The translations under genes were made by a program, and so were the position numbers. The notes under the pieces are model-generated. The model saw nothing but the letters and a program-made list of their open reading frames with translations, did not search any database and was not told the origin of the DNA. This document shows positions 38,606 to 47,206 of a stretch of DNA of 64,000 nucleotides, one piece after another (position 1 is the first letter of the stretch; the number at the start of each line of letters is the position of its first letter). This stretch comes from Candidatus Latescibacterota bacterium (GTDB lineage: Bacteria > Latescibacterota > UBA2968 > GCA-2709665), in assembly GCA_965248435.1 (NCBI GenBank), contig OZ252100.1, forward strand, positions 960,001 through 1,024,000, in the 5' to 3' direction.

Positions 38606-39732
38606 AACGCTTGCTCTATGTCTTCAATCAGATCGTCGATATGTTCGACACCGACTGACAATCTCAACAGATTCTCGGTTATTCCTACTCTCTGACGCGC
38701 TTCAGGTGAGACTTCTTGGTGTGAGGTTGTCGCAGGATCACAAATGGTTGTTTCAAGCCCACCCAAGCTAAGGGCAGGTCGAATCAGTTTGAGTCTTCGC
38801 ATGAACTCCGTAGGATTGCCCGACTGCAATTCAATCGAAAGCATTGCGCCAAATCCCCCCATCTGCCCCTTGGCAATTTGATGACCCTGGTGATTCTCTA
38901 AACCCGGATAATTGACGAGGCAGATTGCTGAATGATTTTCCAGATGCTTCGCCACTTTCATCGCGTTATCTGTCTGCCTTTCTACTCTGAGGCATAGGGT
39001 CTTTAAGCTGCGTTCAAGTGTGTAGCATGACAGGGCATTGAGACTACCCCCCAAGCTAGATGCCGACTTCCGAATCAGATCAGCTTGCTCCCCTGTCGCC
39101 AAGATCACACCACAACAAAGGTCACTGTGTCCGCTGAGATATTTCGTGCCACTATGGATTACGATATCAATCCCAAGACGGAATGGATTCTGATTGATAG
39201 GTGTAGCAAAGGTATTGTCGATCATCGTGACAATTTTTCGGCTTTTGGCAAACATTGCTACTTTTTCAATGTCAACGACTGTTAATAACGGATTCGTTGG
39301 GCTTTCTATGTAAATGACTTTTGTCTCAGGTCGTACAGCATCAATGATTGCTTGGGCTTGGGCTGGTGCAAAAGTTGAGTCAATGCCATGTCGAGGGAAA
39401 TGATTAGAGACGAATGAATGTGACCCGCCATAAACTTCATCTTGAATGACCGCATGATCACCCGATTTCAAAAACGTAAGTAGCGCCGTTGATATAGCAG
39501 CCATTCCGGAACTGAACAAGACACCATCCTCGGTGGACTCCAAATCGCACAACTTTTTGACCACTGCCTCTTGATTAGGCGTGTTAAAGTATCGTGGATA
39601 TGGACGCACATCCGTATCAAGATATTCGTATGCTGAAGAGGTGAAGATGGGAGTATTGACCCCCCTTGTACCTTCGTCAAAATATCCACCCGAGTGAACA
39701 CACATTGTTTCGGATCTCATAGTCTTCCCCAT
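38599..39732 (-). CDS. PLP-dependent transsulfuration enzyme (cystathionine beta-lyase/gamma-synthase family)
   Basis: FSSGMAAI, ESPTNP, DNTFATP, HSGTKYLSGHSD and SLGG motifs. Confidence 0.93.
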   Translation of the reverse strand: MGKTMRSETMCVHSGGYFDEGTRGVNTPIFTSSAYEYLDTDVRPYPRYFNTPNQEAVVKKLCDLESTEDGVLFSSGMAAISTALLTFLKSGDHAVIQDEVYGGSHSFVSNHFPRHGIDSTFAPAQAQAIIDAVRPETKVIYIESPTNPLLTVVDIEKVAMFAKSRKIVTMIDNTFATPINQNPFRLGIDIVIHSGTKYLSGHSDLCCGVILATGEQADLIRKSASSLGGSLNALSCYTLERSLKTLCLRVERQTDNAMKVAKHLENHSAICLVNYPGLENHQGHQIAKGQMGGFGAMLSIELQSGNPTEFMRRLKLIRPALSLGGLETTICDPATTSHQEVSPEARQRVGITENLLRLSVGVEHIDDLIEDIEQALC

Positions 39733-39836
39733 TAAAGAGAGTACCTCACCAAGGCATCCGTTCTGGTGTTACCAAACTCAGAACAGCGCTTCTCCCAGCG
39801 CTTCCGGACTGTGAAAATCGATTGAGCCACTTCCAT
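39732..39836 (-). CDS. 34-aa small ORF coupled to the downstream gene
   Basis: GGAGGAG RBS; MEVAQSIFTVRKRWEKRCSEFGNTRTDALVRYSL; TAATG stop/start overlap. Confidence 0.4.
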   Translation of the reverse strand: MEVAQSIFTVRKRWEKRCSEFGNTRTDALVRYSL

Positions 39837-39900
39837 TCTAGGTTACTCCTCCGTAGCACCTCTGATTTCCACTATAGGATTCCCTCTATCATCTCAGCTA

Positions 39901-40686
39901 TCATGCAATCAGCCCTCCATCTACGACCATGGCGTGTCCGGTAACGAAGGAGGCTTTCTCTGAGCAGAGCCATACGACTGCTTCGGCAACCTCGTCGGGA
40001 GTCCCTACTCTACCACTTGGCTCTTTCTGAATGTTTTGTTCTTCTAGCTTCACTCTTGCTTCTGGATTTCCGCCTGAAATGACATCGCCTAATCGCTCAT
40101 ACATCGGCGTACGAATTGTTCCTGGGCAAACCGCGTTGACTCGAATGCCCGCCTGAGCACATTCCAGTGCCGCTGTCTTGGTCAGACCAATAACCCCATG
40201 CTTACTGGCAATGTATGCGGGCAAACCTAGGCCACTTCCTGCCAACCCCAGTGTCGAGGAGGTGTTTACGATGGCGCCACTGCCCTGCTCAAGCATTTGG
40301 TGGAGTTCATGCTTCATACACAGCCATACTCCTTTGAGATTTACCCCGATGACCTGATCCCAGTTCTCCTCAGTACATTTGTGAGTGCGGGCCTGAATGC
40401 CTTCGATTCCAGCGTTATTGTGTGCGCAGTCTAATCGACCAAAGTTGTGGATAGTCTGGTTAATCAGTGCTTCAATGTCAGTGGCTTTTGTAACATCGGT
40501 TCGAAAGAAGAGAGCTTCGGAATCGGTTCTCTCGATCATGCGTGCTGTTTCTTCTCCACCTTCAGTGTCTATATCACCAATGATTACCCTTGCTCCCTCC
40601 CTGGCAAATGCTAGAGCCGATGCTCTTCCCATTCCAGAGCTTCCTCCGGTTACGAGCGCAACCTTGTCCACCAGGCACCCCGGCAT
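39901..40686 (-). CDS. Short-chain dehydrogenase/reductase
   Basis: TGGSSGMG, NNAG, YIASK and VDGG motifs. Confidence 0.95.
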   Translation of the reverse strand: MPGCLVDKVALVTGGSSGMGRASALAFAREGARVIIGDIDTEGGEETARMIERTDSEALFFRTDVTKATDIEALINQTIHNFGRLDCAHNNAGIEGIQARTHKCTEENWDQVIGVNLKGVWLCMKHELHQMLEQGSGAIVNTSSTLGLAGSGLGLPAYIASKHGVIGLTKTAALECAQAGIRVNAVCPGTIRTPMYERLGDVISGGNPEARVKLEEQNIQKEPSGRVGTPDEVAEAVVWLCSEKASFVTGHAMVVDGGLIA

Positions 40687-40697
40687 CTAGGTCTCTC

Positions 40698-41441
40698 TCA
40701 GGGTATTTTGAATACGAACAGGTCTACGGGCTCGAGGATCGGCCCGTCGGGCTGGGAATCCTCATCTCTTGCCATCGCCTCCAGTCCTTCTTCGAACTCT
40801 GAATCAGTGATGCTCGCCAGATCCGACAGAGCCCGTTGAGCAAGTTTTTCTCTGTACTCGTTGAATGATCCTGCGAATACCTGATTAATCACTGTGTGGT
40901 CAACTAGACTAAATCCATTCGCTTGAATGGTCCCGATAAGCTCCGATTTTCCAGGCAGCATTTTCTTTCCCACACGTCGGGCACTTGGAAAATACTTCAG
41001 ATACGGCACGCGATCATGCAGATCCAGGGTTGAGTTCCGGATACATAGCTTGCCACCTGCTCTGAGCACCCGGAACCACTCACGCGTCGCTTCGATCGGC
41101 TCAGTGAGGTGATGGAACACCATTGAGAGAAAGACTAAGTCAGATGAATCGTCTCTGATGGGGACAGCGTGAGTGTCTCCTCTGATAAATCTCACATTAT
41201 TTCCATCCGATCTGGCTTGGCTAAGCATTCTAAAGGAGGGATCGATCCCAATGAGCCTTGCGTTGAACCTTTCGGCAAGGGCATCAGAGAAGCGTCCTGT
41301 CCCACATCCAACATCTACAATACGCCTGACTGGTCCCACGATCAGATCTGCAATCGCATCCAGCCAGATCCTCAGTGTGGCTTCGGGGAGCTGCCTCGCC
41401 TTTACATAGGTGGCAGGTATGTCAGTGCGGTCGTATTCCAA
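40698..41441 (-). CDS. Class I SAM-dependent methyltransferase
   Basis: VDVGCGTGR motif. Confidence 0.9.
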   Translation of the reverse strand: MEYDRTDIPATYVKARQLPEATLRIWLDAIADLIVGPVRRIVDVGCGTGRFSDALAERFNARLIGIDPSFRMLSQARSDGNNVRFIRGDTHAVPIRDDSSDLVFLSMVFHHLTEPIEATREWFRVLRAGGKLCIRNSTLDLHDRVPYLKYFPSARRVGKKMLPGKSELIGTIQANGFSLVDHTVINQVFAGSFNEYREKLAQRALSDLASITDSEFEEGLEAMARDEDSQPDGPILEPVDLFVFKIP

Positions 41442-42138
41442 CGTTTGACTCAGGGTTCGCTTTGATATTCACGCAGATGTGATCGAAACTCAAGAAGATC
41501 CCTCTCAAAGCAATCTCCATAAGATCGTTTCTTCGCGTCCAGCATTGCGAGGCACGATCGTAGAAAGCGTAGTCGTCGGCATTCAACTCTCGAAATCTCT
41601 CAACTATCGACTCAGGAATCTTCGGAGATTGATAATCCCCAACATTCTCTCTGCTGTAGTAGAGATGTGGCCATTGGAACTGGTGATCCAATAGGACCAG
41701 AGACTCGTCAAACTGTTCTGTGACACCCACAAAGTCGTATCGCTCCATGGGACGCTTATCAAACCACTGTTTGAACCGGTTCTGACCGTACCCGGGAGGA
41801 TCTGGCCACCTAGGTGGTTCTGTGTTCGTCAGGAATACTCCGAGCCCTCGGTCAGTGAATCGTGCGCCAGGGTATCTCTTGGCAAAGAAATACATAGAAA
41901 TTGCTGAGCTGAGTGGTTCTCTCAAGAAGGTGATCCACTTCACCTTCCGGTGTGCGTTTATGGTGTCAGAAAAGTATTTAAAGACCCCGTGCCCGTGAAT
42001 GCACATAGGATTCTGAACTATGGGCCACTCTTCACTCTCGTCGTATGCCATCTGCAAGCGGTCCCCGAACCTCTGCTTGAGAAGCTGGCGGAATGTTATA
42101 CCGCCTGTCTTGGGAATATGCAGGCTTACATATAGCAA
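41422..42138 (-). CDS. Sulfotransferase family protein
   Basis: LHIPKTGG (5'-PSB), TFLREP...S.Y, FVGVTE and N..DY.FY motifs. Confidence 0.85.
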   Translation of the reverse strand: MLYVSLHIPKTGGITFRQLLKQRFGDRLQMAYDESEEWPIVQNPMCIHGHGVFKYFSDTINAHRKVKWITFLREPLSSAISMYFFAKRYPGARFTDRGLGVFLTNTEPPRWPDPPGYGQNRFKQWFDKRPMERYDFVGVTEQFDESLVLLDHQFQWPHLYYSRENVGDYQSPKIPESIVERFRELNADDYAFYDRASQCWTRRNDLMEIALRGIFLSFDHICVNIKANPESNVGIRPH

Positions 42139-42223
42139 TCTTCTCTCCCTGTCTCCTCGCTTCCTCTCCTCCGAGCCTCGCGTATGATGTAAGTAGGTGC
42201 CACAGACGTTTCCCCGGATCGAG

Positions 42224-42568
42224 CTATTTCGCCGCTAACGCGACAATTTCGATCAACGTATCTCCCTCCAGTTTCACTTCGACGCAAGCCCGTTGTGGCC
42301 AGTTGTCCTGCCCGATCCAAGGGTCCCATATCTCGTTGACAATAGGTTTCTTCTCAATGTCTGTGATGTAGATGGTTACGGAGACCAACCGGGTTTTGTC
42401 CGTGCCTGCTTCTGCTAGGTTAGTATCTAACTGCGCAAGCGCCTGCTCGGTCTGGCTCCTCAGATCTCCTGAAAAATCCGTTGCAATTACAGCCGTGTAG
42501 ATCAATCCATTGTGCTCGACGGATTCGCTTCGGCCAACGGCCTTGCCAGTATACCGCTTGATTGACAT
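42224..42568 (-). CDS. RidA/YjgF family protein (YoaB-like)
   Basis: QTEQAL, NEIWD.W, PQRACV and IEI motifs. Confidence 0.9.
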   Translation of the reverse strand: MSIKRYTGKAVGRSESVEHNGLIYTAVIATDFSGDLRSQTEQALAQLDTNLAEAGTDKTRLVSVTIYITDIEKKPIVNEIWDPWIGQDNWPQRACVEVKLEGDTLIEIVALAAK

Positions 42569-42618
42569 GCTCTATTCCTTATGTCGGAATCTGCTTATGC
42601 TCCCCAAGTCACATCCGA

Positions 42619-43389
42619 TCACCGCTCTTTCGTAGCGACTAAGAGAAATTCCCCTGGAAGCGACCTCGCTTCGTCTAGTTTCTCACCGAATCGCCAGGTG
42701 TCGTGGCTTGGATATTCTGAGAGGTGATTTATATGTAAACCCGAGGCCACCAAAGCAGTAATGATGTCACCGAGCGGCCAACTGAACTGATATTTCGTCT
42801 CCCGAGCGTCCTCCCCGCCTTCGAAATGCCTCCAGCCCGATCCCACGATAGGCTCCTTCCGACTGAAATAGTCGTCCTCCATGATCAATACTCCATCCTT
42901 CACAGAAAGACACGCAGCAACTGGGTGTCCCTCCAACAGAAGAAGGCGTCCACCCACACCCAATGCTGACGAGATATTCGTCGCCCAGACCTCAATATCT
43001 GGAATCCATACCAGAGAACCGCCTCCAGTATGGATGATGTCAAACCCCACTCCAGTAATATCCGCAGGCAGACAGCAAACATCCGCGACATGGAATGATA
43101 CGGGGATGCCGGCCTCCTCAGCCTTGTTTCGAGCGAGACTGATCTGTCGAGGACTTATGTCGACTCCCGTTGCAATTGCACCAAGGACGGCCCAGGAAAT
43201 TGCCTCTTCACCCGTGGAACACTGACATTGCAGCACAGTCTTTCCTGTAATCTCTCCGGCTGCCTCGATAAGGAGCGGACTCAACGTTGTGTTACCTGAA
43301 GCATAGTAGCCTGCCGGTTTGGTCCGTTTATGGCGAACTTCGGCAATCTCGTCCCATGCCCTAGCATTCTGCGATGTAAACTCTCGCAC
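42619..43389 (-). CDS. Class I SAM-dependent methyltransferase
   Basis: VLQCQCSTG, TGVDIS and L.WIPD motifs. Confidence 0.88.
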   Translation of the reverse strand: MREFTSQNARAWDEIAEVRHKRTKPAGYYASGNTTLSPLLIEAAGEITGKTVLQCQCSTGEEAISWAVLGAIATGVDISPRQISLARNKAEEAGIPVSFHVADVCCLPADITGVGFDIIHTGGGSLVWIPDIEVWATNISSALGVGGRLLLLEGHPVAACLSVKDGVLIMEDDYFSRKEPIVGSGWRHFEGGEDARETKYQFSWPLGDIITALVASGLHINHLSEYPSHDTWRFGEKLDEARSLPGEFLLVATKER

Positions 43390-43413
43390 AACTATACCCT
43401 CTTTCCATCACTC

Positions 43414-43962
43414 CTAGTCTTGCCACTCGCTTCTTAGAAGACCATACAGATGCATGTCGTGCCTCTCTCCGTCGCGTTCCATGAATTGTCTGAACGTGCC
43501 CTCTCTCTTAAAATTCATCTTCTCATACAAAGCAATTGCTCGGTCGTTGAAATCAAATACCGTTAACTGAAGTTTGATGAGATTGAGTTCTTTGATGGCA
43601 TAGTCGATAAGAAGCTCGGTGGCTTCCGTGCCGTATCCTTTTCCCCAGTCATCTGGATTCCCAATCCCAATGCCCAACCAGGCGACGCGATTCGGCCACT
43701 CGATCTCAGCTAGGGAAACAGTGCCGATGATCTCCTCTTGATCCAAAAGTCGAATAGCGAACACCAGTTCACGCTCTGTCTTTCCCAACCCGTCAATCCA
43801 TTCCTTGATCTGAGTCTCCGTTCGCTCCGTGATAGGATCGGAGCCCCAAAGCCTCAGGAATCGAGTGTCCTCCCGCCATTTGAGAATGGTTGAGACATCT
43901 TCCAATCTAAGCAGAGTCAAACGTATTAGGTTTCCGGCTAAAAGGTTTGTGGGATGATCCAT
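43414..43962 (-). CDS. GNAT acetyltransferase (RimJ/RimL type)
   Basis: WGKGYGTEA and NDRAIALYEK..F.REG motifs; start set at MDHP after a GGAG RBS. Confidence 0.92.
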   Translation of the reverse strand: MDHPTNLLAGNLIRLTLLRLEDVSTILKWREDTRFLRLWGSDPITERTETQIKEWIDGLGKTERELVFAIRLLDQEEIIGTVSLAEIEWPNRVAWLGIGIGNPDDWGKGYGTEATELLIDYAIKELNLIKLQLTVFDFNDRAIALYEKMNFKREGTFRQFMERDGERHDMHLYGLLRSEWQD

Positions 43963-44065
43963 GGTAGACTCCTGGTGAGGAGGTAGTGAAGGGCTTGGAG
44001 GATTCCTCTGCGACCTGTATGCCATTTTGACCGAGCCGTAAGACCGCAGCAATGCTATTGCTCAA

Positions 44066-44461
44066 TCATAATCCATAATGCATTGGCACCCTGGTGGCAG
44101 ACACCTCAAACCCACACTTCTTGTAAAATTCGACTGGACCTTCGGCAAGGAGCAGCTGCTGGAAGAAACCCTGGTAATTGGAGATGAGCTTCCGCATGAT
44201 CAGACTTCCAATCCCTTTTCCTTGATAGTCCGGCAACACCAGGAGGTGGGGGTAGTATACGACGAGTGATCCATCCGATATAGCATTACCGAGTCCAACC
44301 AGGGTATCTCCATCCCATGCCGTGACCAAGGAGTGTGAGTTTATGAGACCATCGTGCAATTCATTGGGCTTCTTGGCAGAAGACCACTTGTTGGCCTCGT
44401 ATAGCGGTAGAATGTGCTCTTTCGAGATGTCTCGGGTCTCTCTGAGTCTGATTCCTTCCAT
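44066..44461 (-). CDS. GNAT acetyltransferase
   Basis: ISDG, V.PDYQGKGIG and FYKKCGF motifs. Confidence 0.92.
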   Translation of the reverse strand: MEGIRLRETRDISKEHILPLYEANKWSSAKKPNELHDGLINSHSLVTAWDGDTLVGLGNAISDGSLVVYYPHLLVLPDYQGKGIGSLIMRKLISNYQGFFQQLLLAEGPVEFYKKCGFEVSATRVPMHYGL

Positions 44462-44476
44462 GACTACCTCACGAGC

Positions 44477-44998
44477 CTAATGGAGATACTCGCTCCTCAA
44501 CATTCGATAGAATGGCCAGCCAGGCTTATATTCCCCGTCCTGTTTGAACCCAACTTTCTCCAGAACTCTAATCGAAGCAACATTTCGTGAATGGACCCAC
44601 GTTTCAACCGACGGCAAATCCAATGTCTTGAAGCCATAGTTGACAGCTGCTGCAGCTAGCTCCGTAGCGAGCCCGCGGCCACAATAGCTAGGATGAATGA
44701 TGTAGATCAGCTCGTTCTTAGGTTCCTCGTCACGAGAATCCCGGGTTAGTCCACCCCATCCCACAACCATTGAGGTTTGTCTCAAGACAGCGACCCAGGG
44801 TGAGAACCCCTCAGGTTCAAGCAAAGACGCATGGTTTTCTAACCAAGCTTGTGTCTCCGCAAGAGACAGGGGTCTCTCTGGACCGATATACTTCATCGAT
44901 TCAGGATCTGAAAACGTGGAATAAAGAGCTTCATCATCCGAATCGATAGGATCTCTTAGGGTCAGTTGCTCAGTTTGGATAAGTTTCTGCATGGTCAT
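44477..44998 (-). CDS. GNAT acetyltransferase (RimJ/RimL type)
   Basis: GRGLATE and NVASIRVLEKVGF motifs. Confidence 0.92.
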   Translation of the reverse strand: MTMQKLIQTEQLTLRDPIDSDDEALYSTFSDPESMKYIGPERPLSLAETQAWLENHASLLEPEGFSPWVAVLRQTSMVVGWGGLTRDSRDEEPKNELIYIIHPSYCGRGLATELAAAAVNYGFKTLDLPSVETWVHSRNVASIRVLEKVGFKQDGEYKPGWPFYRMLRSEYLH

Positions 44999-45008
44999 AA
45001 CCAGCTTT

Positions 45009-45752
45009 TCAGTTCTTCCTCGCGGTAACTACCAATCTACTTCCTTCTCTCCCATACTCCCTGCCATCGAAACCCCCATACAGCTTAATCTCTTTAAATC
45101 CCACCTGCCCAAGACGGTCTTTCATCTCCTGCCCAGAATACACGGCAGTTGAAAACTTGAAACTGTGGGTTTGGCCATCCTTTATCACGATCCACTCGTT
45201 CCGAATCCGAGTCCAATCTTTAATCACCTCATGACGTTGAATCCAAAGGGTGCCATCTTCTAGTTCAGTTGAGCTTGTTGGCTGAAACACTTTGGCCAAC
45301 CACTCTTTGCTAACTACGTCGATCACACAAGAACCATCCGCCCTCAGATTGCAGTAGATATTATCCAGAACTTTCAGATTCTCCTCTTCCTTGTCAAAAT
45401 ATCCAAACGAGGTGAACAGGTTCAATACCAGGTCATAACTGTCCTCGCGGACAAACCTCCGCATGTCTTCCAAGATCCATTCAACCTGCACTTTCTCAGC
45501 AACCGCCCTTTCGCGTGCTTTTTCCAATAGATACGGCGTGAGGTCTACTGCTGTTACGTCCAGCCCTCTATGGGCTAACACCACAGAGTGCCTCCCCGGG
45601 CCGCAGCAGAGGTCTAGAACAGAATGACCTTCGAAATTCACCAGTTTCAGAACCTTCTCGACCTGTTCTTCTGCCTGTGCAAATCTCTTGCTTGGAAACA
45701 TGAGCGGATACATCGTAATCCAAAAAGATTCATCTTCAAACCAGTCAGTCAT
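45009..45752 (-). CDS. Class I SAM-dependent methyltransferase
   Basis: LDLCCGPGRH, DMR and LFTSFGYF motifs. Confidence 0.93.
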   Translation of the reverse strand: MTDWFEDESFWITMYPLMFPSKRFAQAEEQVEKVLKLVNFEGHSVLDLCCGPGRHSVVLAHRGLDVTAVDLTPYLLEKARERAVAEKVQVEWILEDMRRFVREDSYDLVLNLFTSFGYFDKEEENLKVLDNIYCNLRADGSCVIDVVSKEWLAKVFQPTSSTELEDGTLWIQRHEVIKDWTRIRNEWIVIKDGQTHSFKFSTAVYSGQEMKDRLGQVGFKEIKLYGGFDGREYGREGSRLVVTARKN

Positions 45753-45767
45753 GTTAATCTCCGCAAG

Positions 45768-46307
45768 TCAAAGCTGATCGTTCAGGGGCGCCTGAATCAA
45801 CCGCGACATCTCGTACTCAAACAAGGCGCAATCGTTTGGGTACGGCTCTGTGCGTCCAGTCTTTTTGAATCCGATTCGCTCATAGAAATCGATAGCTGAG
45901 TTGTTGTTGCAAGTCACCATCAGCAGCAAAATGTGAACTTTCCGTGCACGTGCCCAGTTCAGAACACCATCGACCAACAAACGACCCACACCTAAGCGTC
46001 GCTGATCTGGTGCGACCCACATCGATACGAGATGCGCTCTCGTATTGTCTAGCTTGTCGAGAAATCCAGCGACGATCCCGCACGAGATGTCCCCGTCCAT
46101 AGCTAGATAGGTAGTTGAATTCGCACCATCCCTCTCTGCTGCATGTTTAATCCACTCGGGGTCGGTAAGCTGAGACTCCTTAGCATAGGTAGATCCGAAT
46201 GCTCCGGGCGAATCTTGCAAGGCTCGCAATCTTACATCCTTGAATGTCATGGCGTTCCGACGGGCGACCGCAACAAGCGTGACCATAGGCTGCCTTTCCG
46301 CTAACAT
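45768..46307 (-). CDS. GNAT acetyltransferase
   Basis: RLRALQDSP.AF, SMWVAP..RR.GVG and FYERIGF motifs. Confidence 0.92.
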   Translation of the reverse strand: MLAERQPMVTLVAVARRNAMTFKDVRLRALQDSPGAFGSTYAKESQLTDPEWIKHAAERDGANSTTYLAMDGDISCGIVAGFLDKLDNTRAHLVSMWVAPDQRRLGVGRLLVDGVLNWARARKVHILLLMVTCNNNSAIDFYERIGFKKTGRTEPYPNDCALFEYEMSRLIQAPLNDQL

Positions 46308-46376
46308 TCTTCGATTTGATTTGAGTGCTCATCCAACACATAGCTCCCATAGAGTTTCCCAACTCGAAACCGAATC

Positions 46377-46796
46377 CTACAAAAGTTTCCTGAAGTAGGT
46401 AGCGGACTCTTCATATCCGATTGCTTTATAGAAGTCTTCAGCTCTGCGTGTAGCCAATGCAATCAGCCTTGAGTCCCTTTCCTTAGCTTTTTGTTCAATC
46501 ATTACTACAAGCTCTCTGCCTATTCCTTGGCCTCGGAACTCATCCTCCACAAAAAGCTCCTCGATCCAGGTCACGATCCCATTCGCGAAAAAGGTCAGGT
46601 GGTGGAATGCGAGAACATACCCGACCGGTGAGCTGCCCCGTTCCGCTACTAGAAGGTCAGCGTTTGGATCTGCTAGAACATCTTCAATCGATTTGACGAA
46701 TGAACCTGTTCGTGTTTCGAAGCTTGAGGCGAACTTTCTAACCAAAACGAGCAGTAAGTCCCTGTCATCGCTCTGGGCTTCTCTAATACCAACCAT
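46377..46796 (-). CDS. GNAT acetyltransferase (first gene of the array)
   Basis: IEELFV...RGQGIG and FYKAIGY motifs. Confidence 0.92.
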   Translation of the reverse strand: MVGIREAQSDDRDLLLVLVRKFASSFETRTGSFVKSIEDVLADPNADLLVAERGSSPVGYVLAFHHLTFFANGIVTWIEELFVEDEFRGQGIGRELVVMIEQKAKERDSRLIALATRRAEDFYKAIGYEESATYFRKLL

Positions 46797-46819
46797 TCTG
46801 ATTCCAACGTGAAAACGTG

Positions 46820-46860
46820 AAAAAGAAAAAACCCGCGGTCGAGAGGTCTCAACGGCGGGT
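46820..46860 (-). terminator. Intrinsic terminator in the 5' leader of the array
   Basis: Minus strand ACCCGCCGTTGAG-ACCT-CTCGACCGCGGGT followed by TTTTTCTTTTT, 24 nt before the first ATG. Confidence 0.8.
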
Positions 46861-46885
46861 CAGGTTCTGGCGCAAGGTGTCTTGC

Positions 46886-47030
46886 TCAAGGCCACAAATG
46901 ATCCCGCCGCTTCATCTTAAGGGAATGCCAGTTGATAGCGGCATGGGTTTCTACCTGCTTATTCGAACGGGCAGGTCCCTCAGTCAGTTCGATTGGGAAA
47001 CATGAAGGTCGGCGGGTGATCATTGGCTAT
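46886..47030 (-). ncRNA. Structured leader RNA (putative attenuator or riboswitch, family not recognised)
   Basis: Long stem 47002-47027 pairing with 46891-46915 enclosing two hairpins; its 3' strand CGGCGGG is also complementary to the terminator 5' arm. Confidence 0.6.
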
Positions 47031-47072
47031 TTACCTATTACGATGATTAGAGATGTGCATCCAACTGATAAG

Positions 47073-47102
47073 AATATATAAACTGGCACCCGTTGGAGTC
47101 AA
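47073..47102 (-). promoter_or_regulatory. Sigma70-type promoter for the array
   Basis: Minus strand TTGACT-N18-TATATT. Confidence 0.55.
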
Positions 47103-47206
47103 GATCTTTCTGTTTGTTGGTCACGAATGCTACTCTGACTCCGTGGCTTTCCTCCGGCGATTTAAGTGGCCGGGGTCTGCAGACGATTGCACACAAAAGA
47201 GGTTCA

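Noticed and set aside
46940-46990. Hammerhead ribozyme (CTGA...stem...GAAA on the minus strand)
   Set aside because: Core reads CTGAGGGA or CTGACTGA rather than CUGANGA, there is an extra base before GAAA, and I find no proper stem I/III with an NUH site.
46886-47030. 6S RNA, SRP RNA or cobalamin riboswitch
   Set aside because: No two-sided central bubble, no SRP GGAA/GCAG domain IV and no B12 box; left as an unclassified leader pending Rfam.
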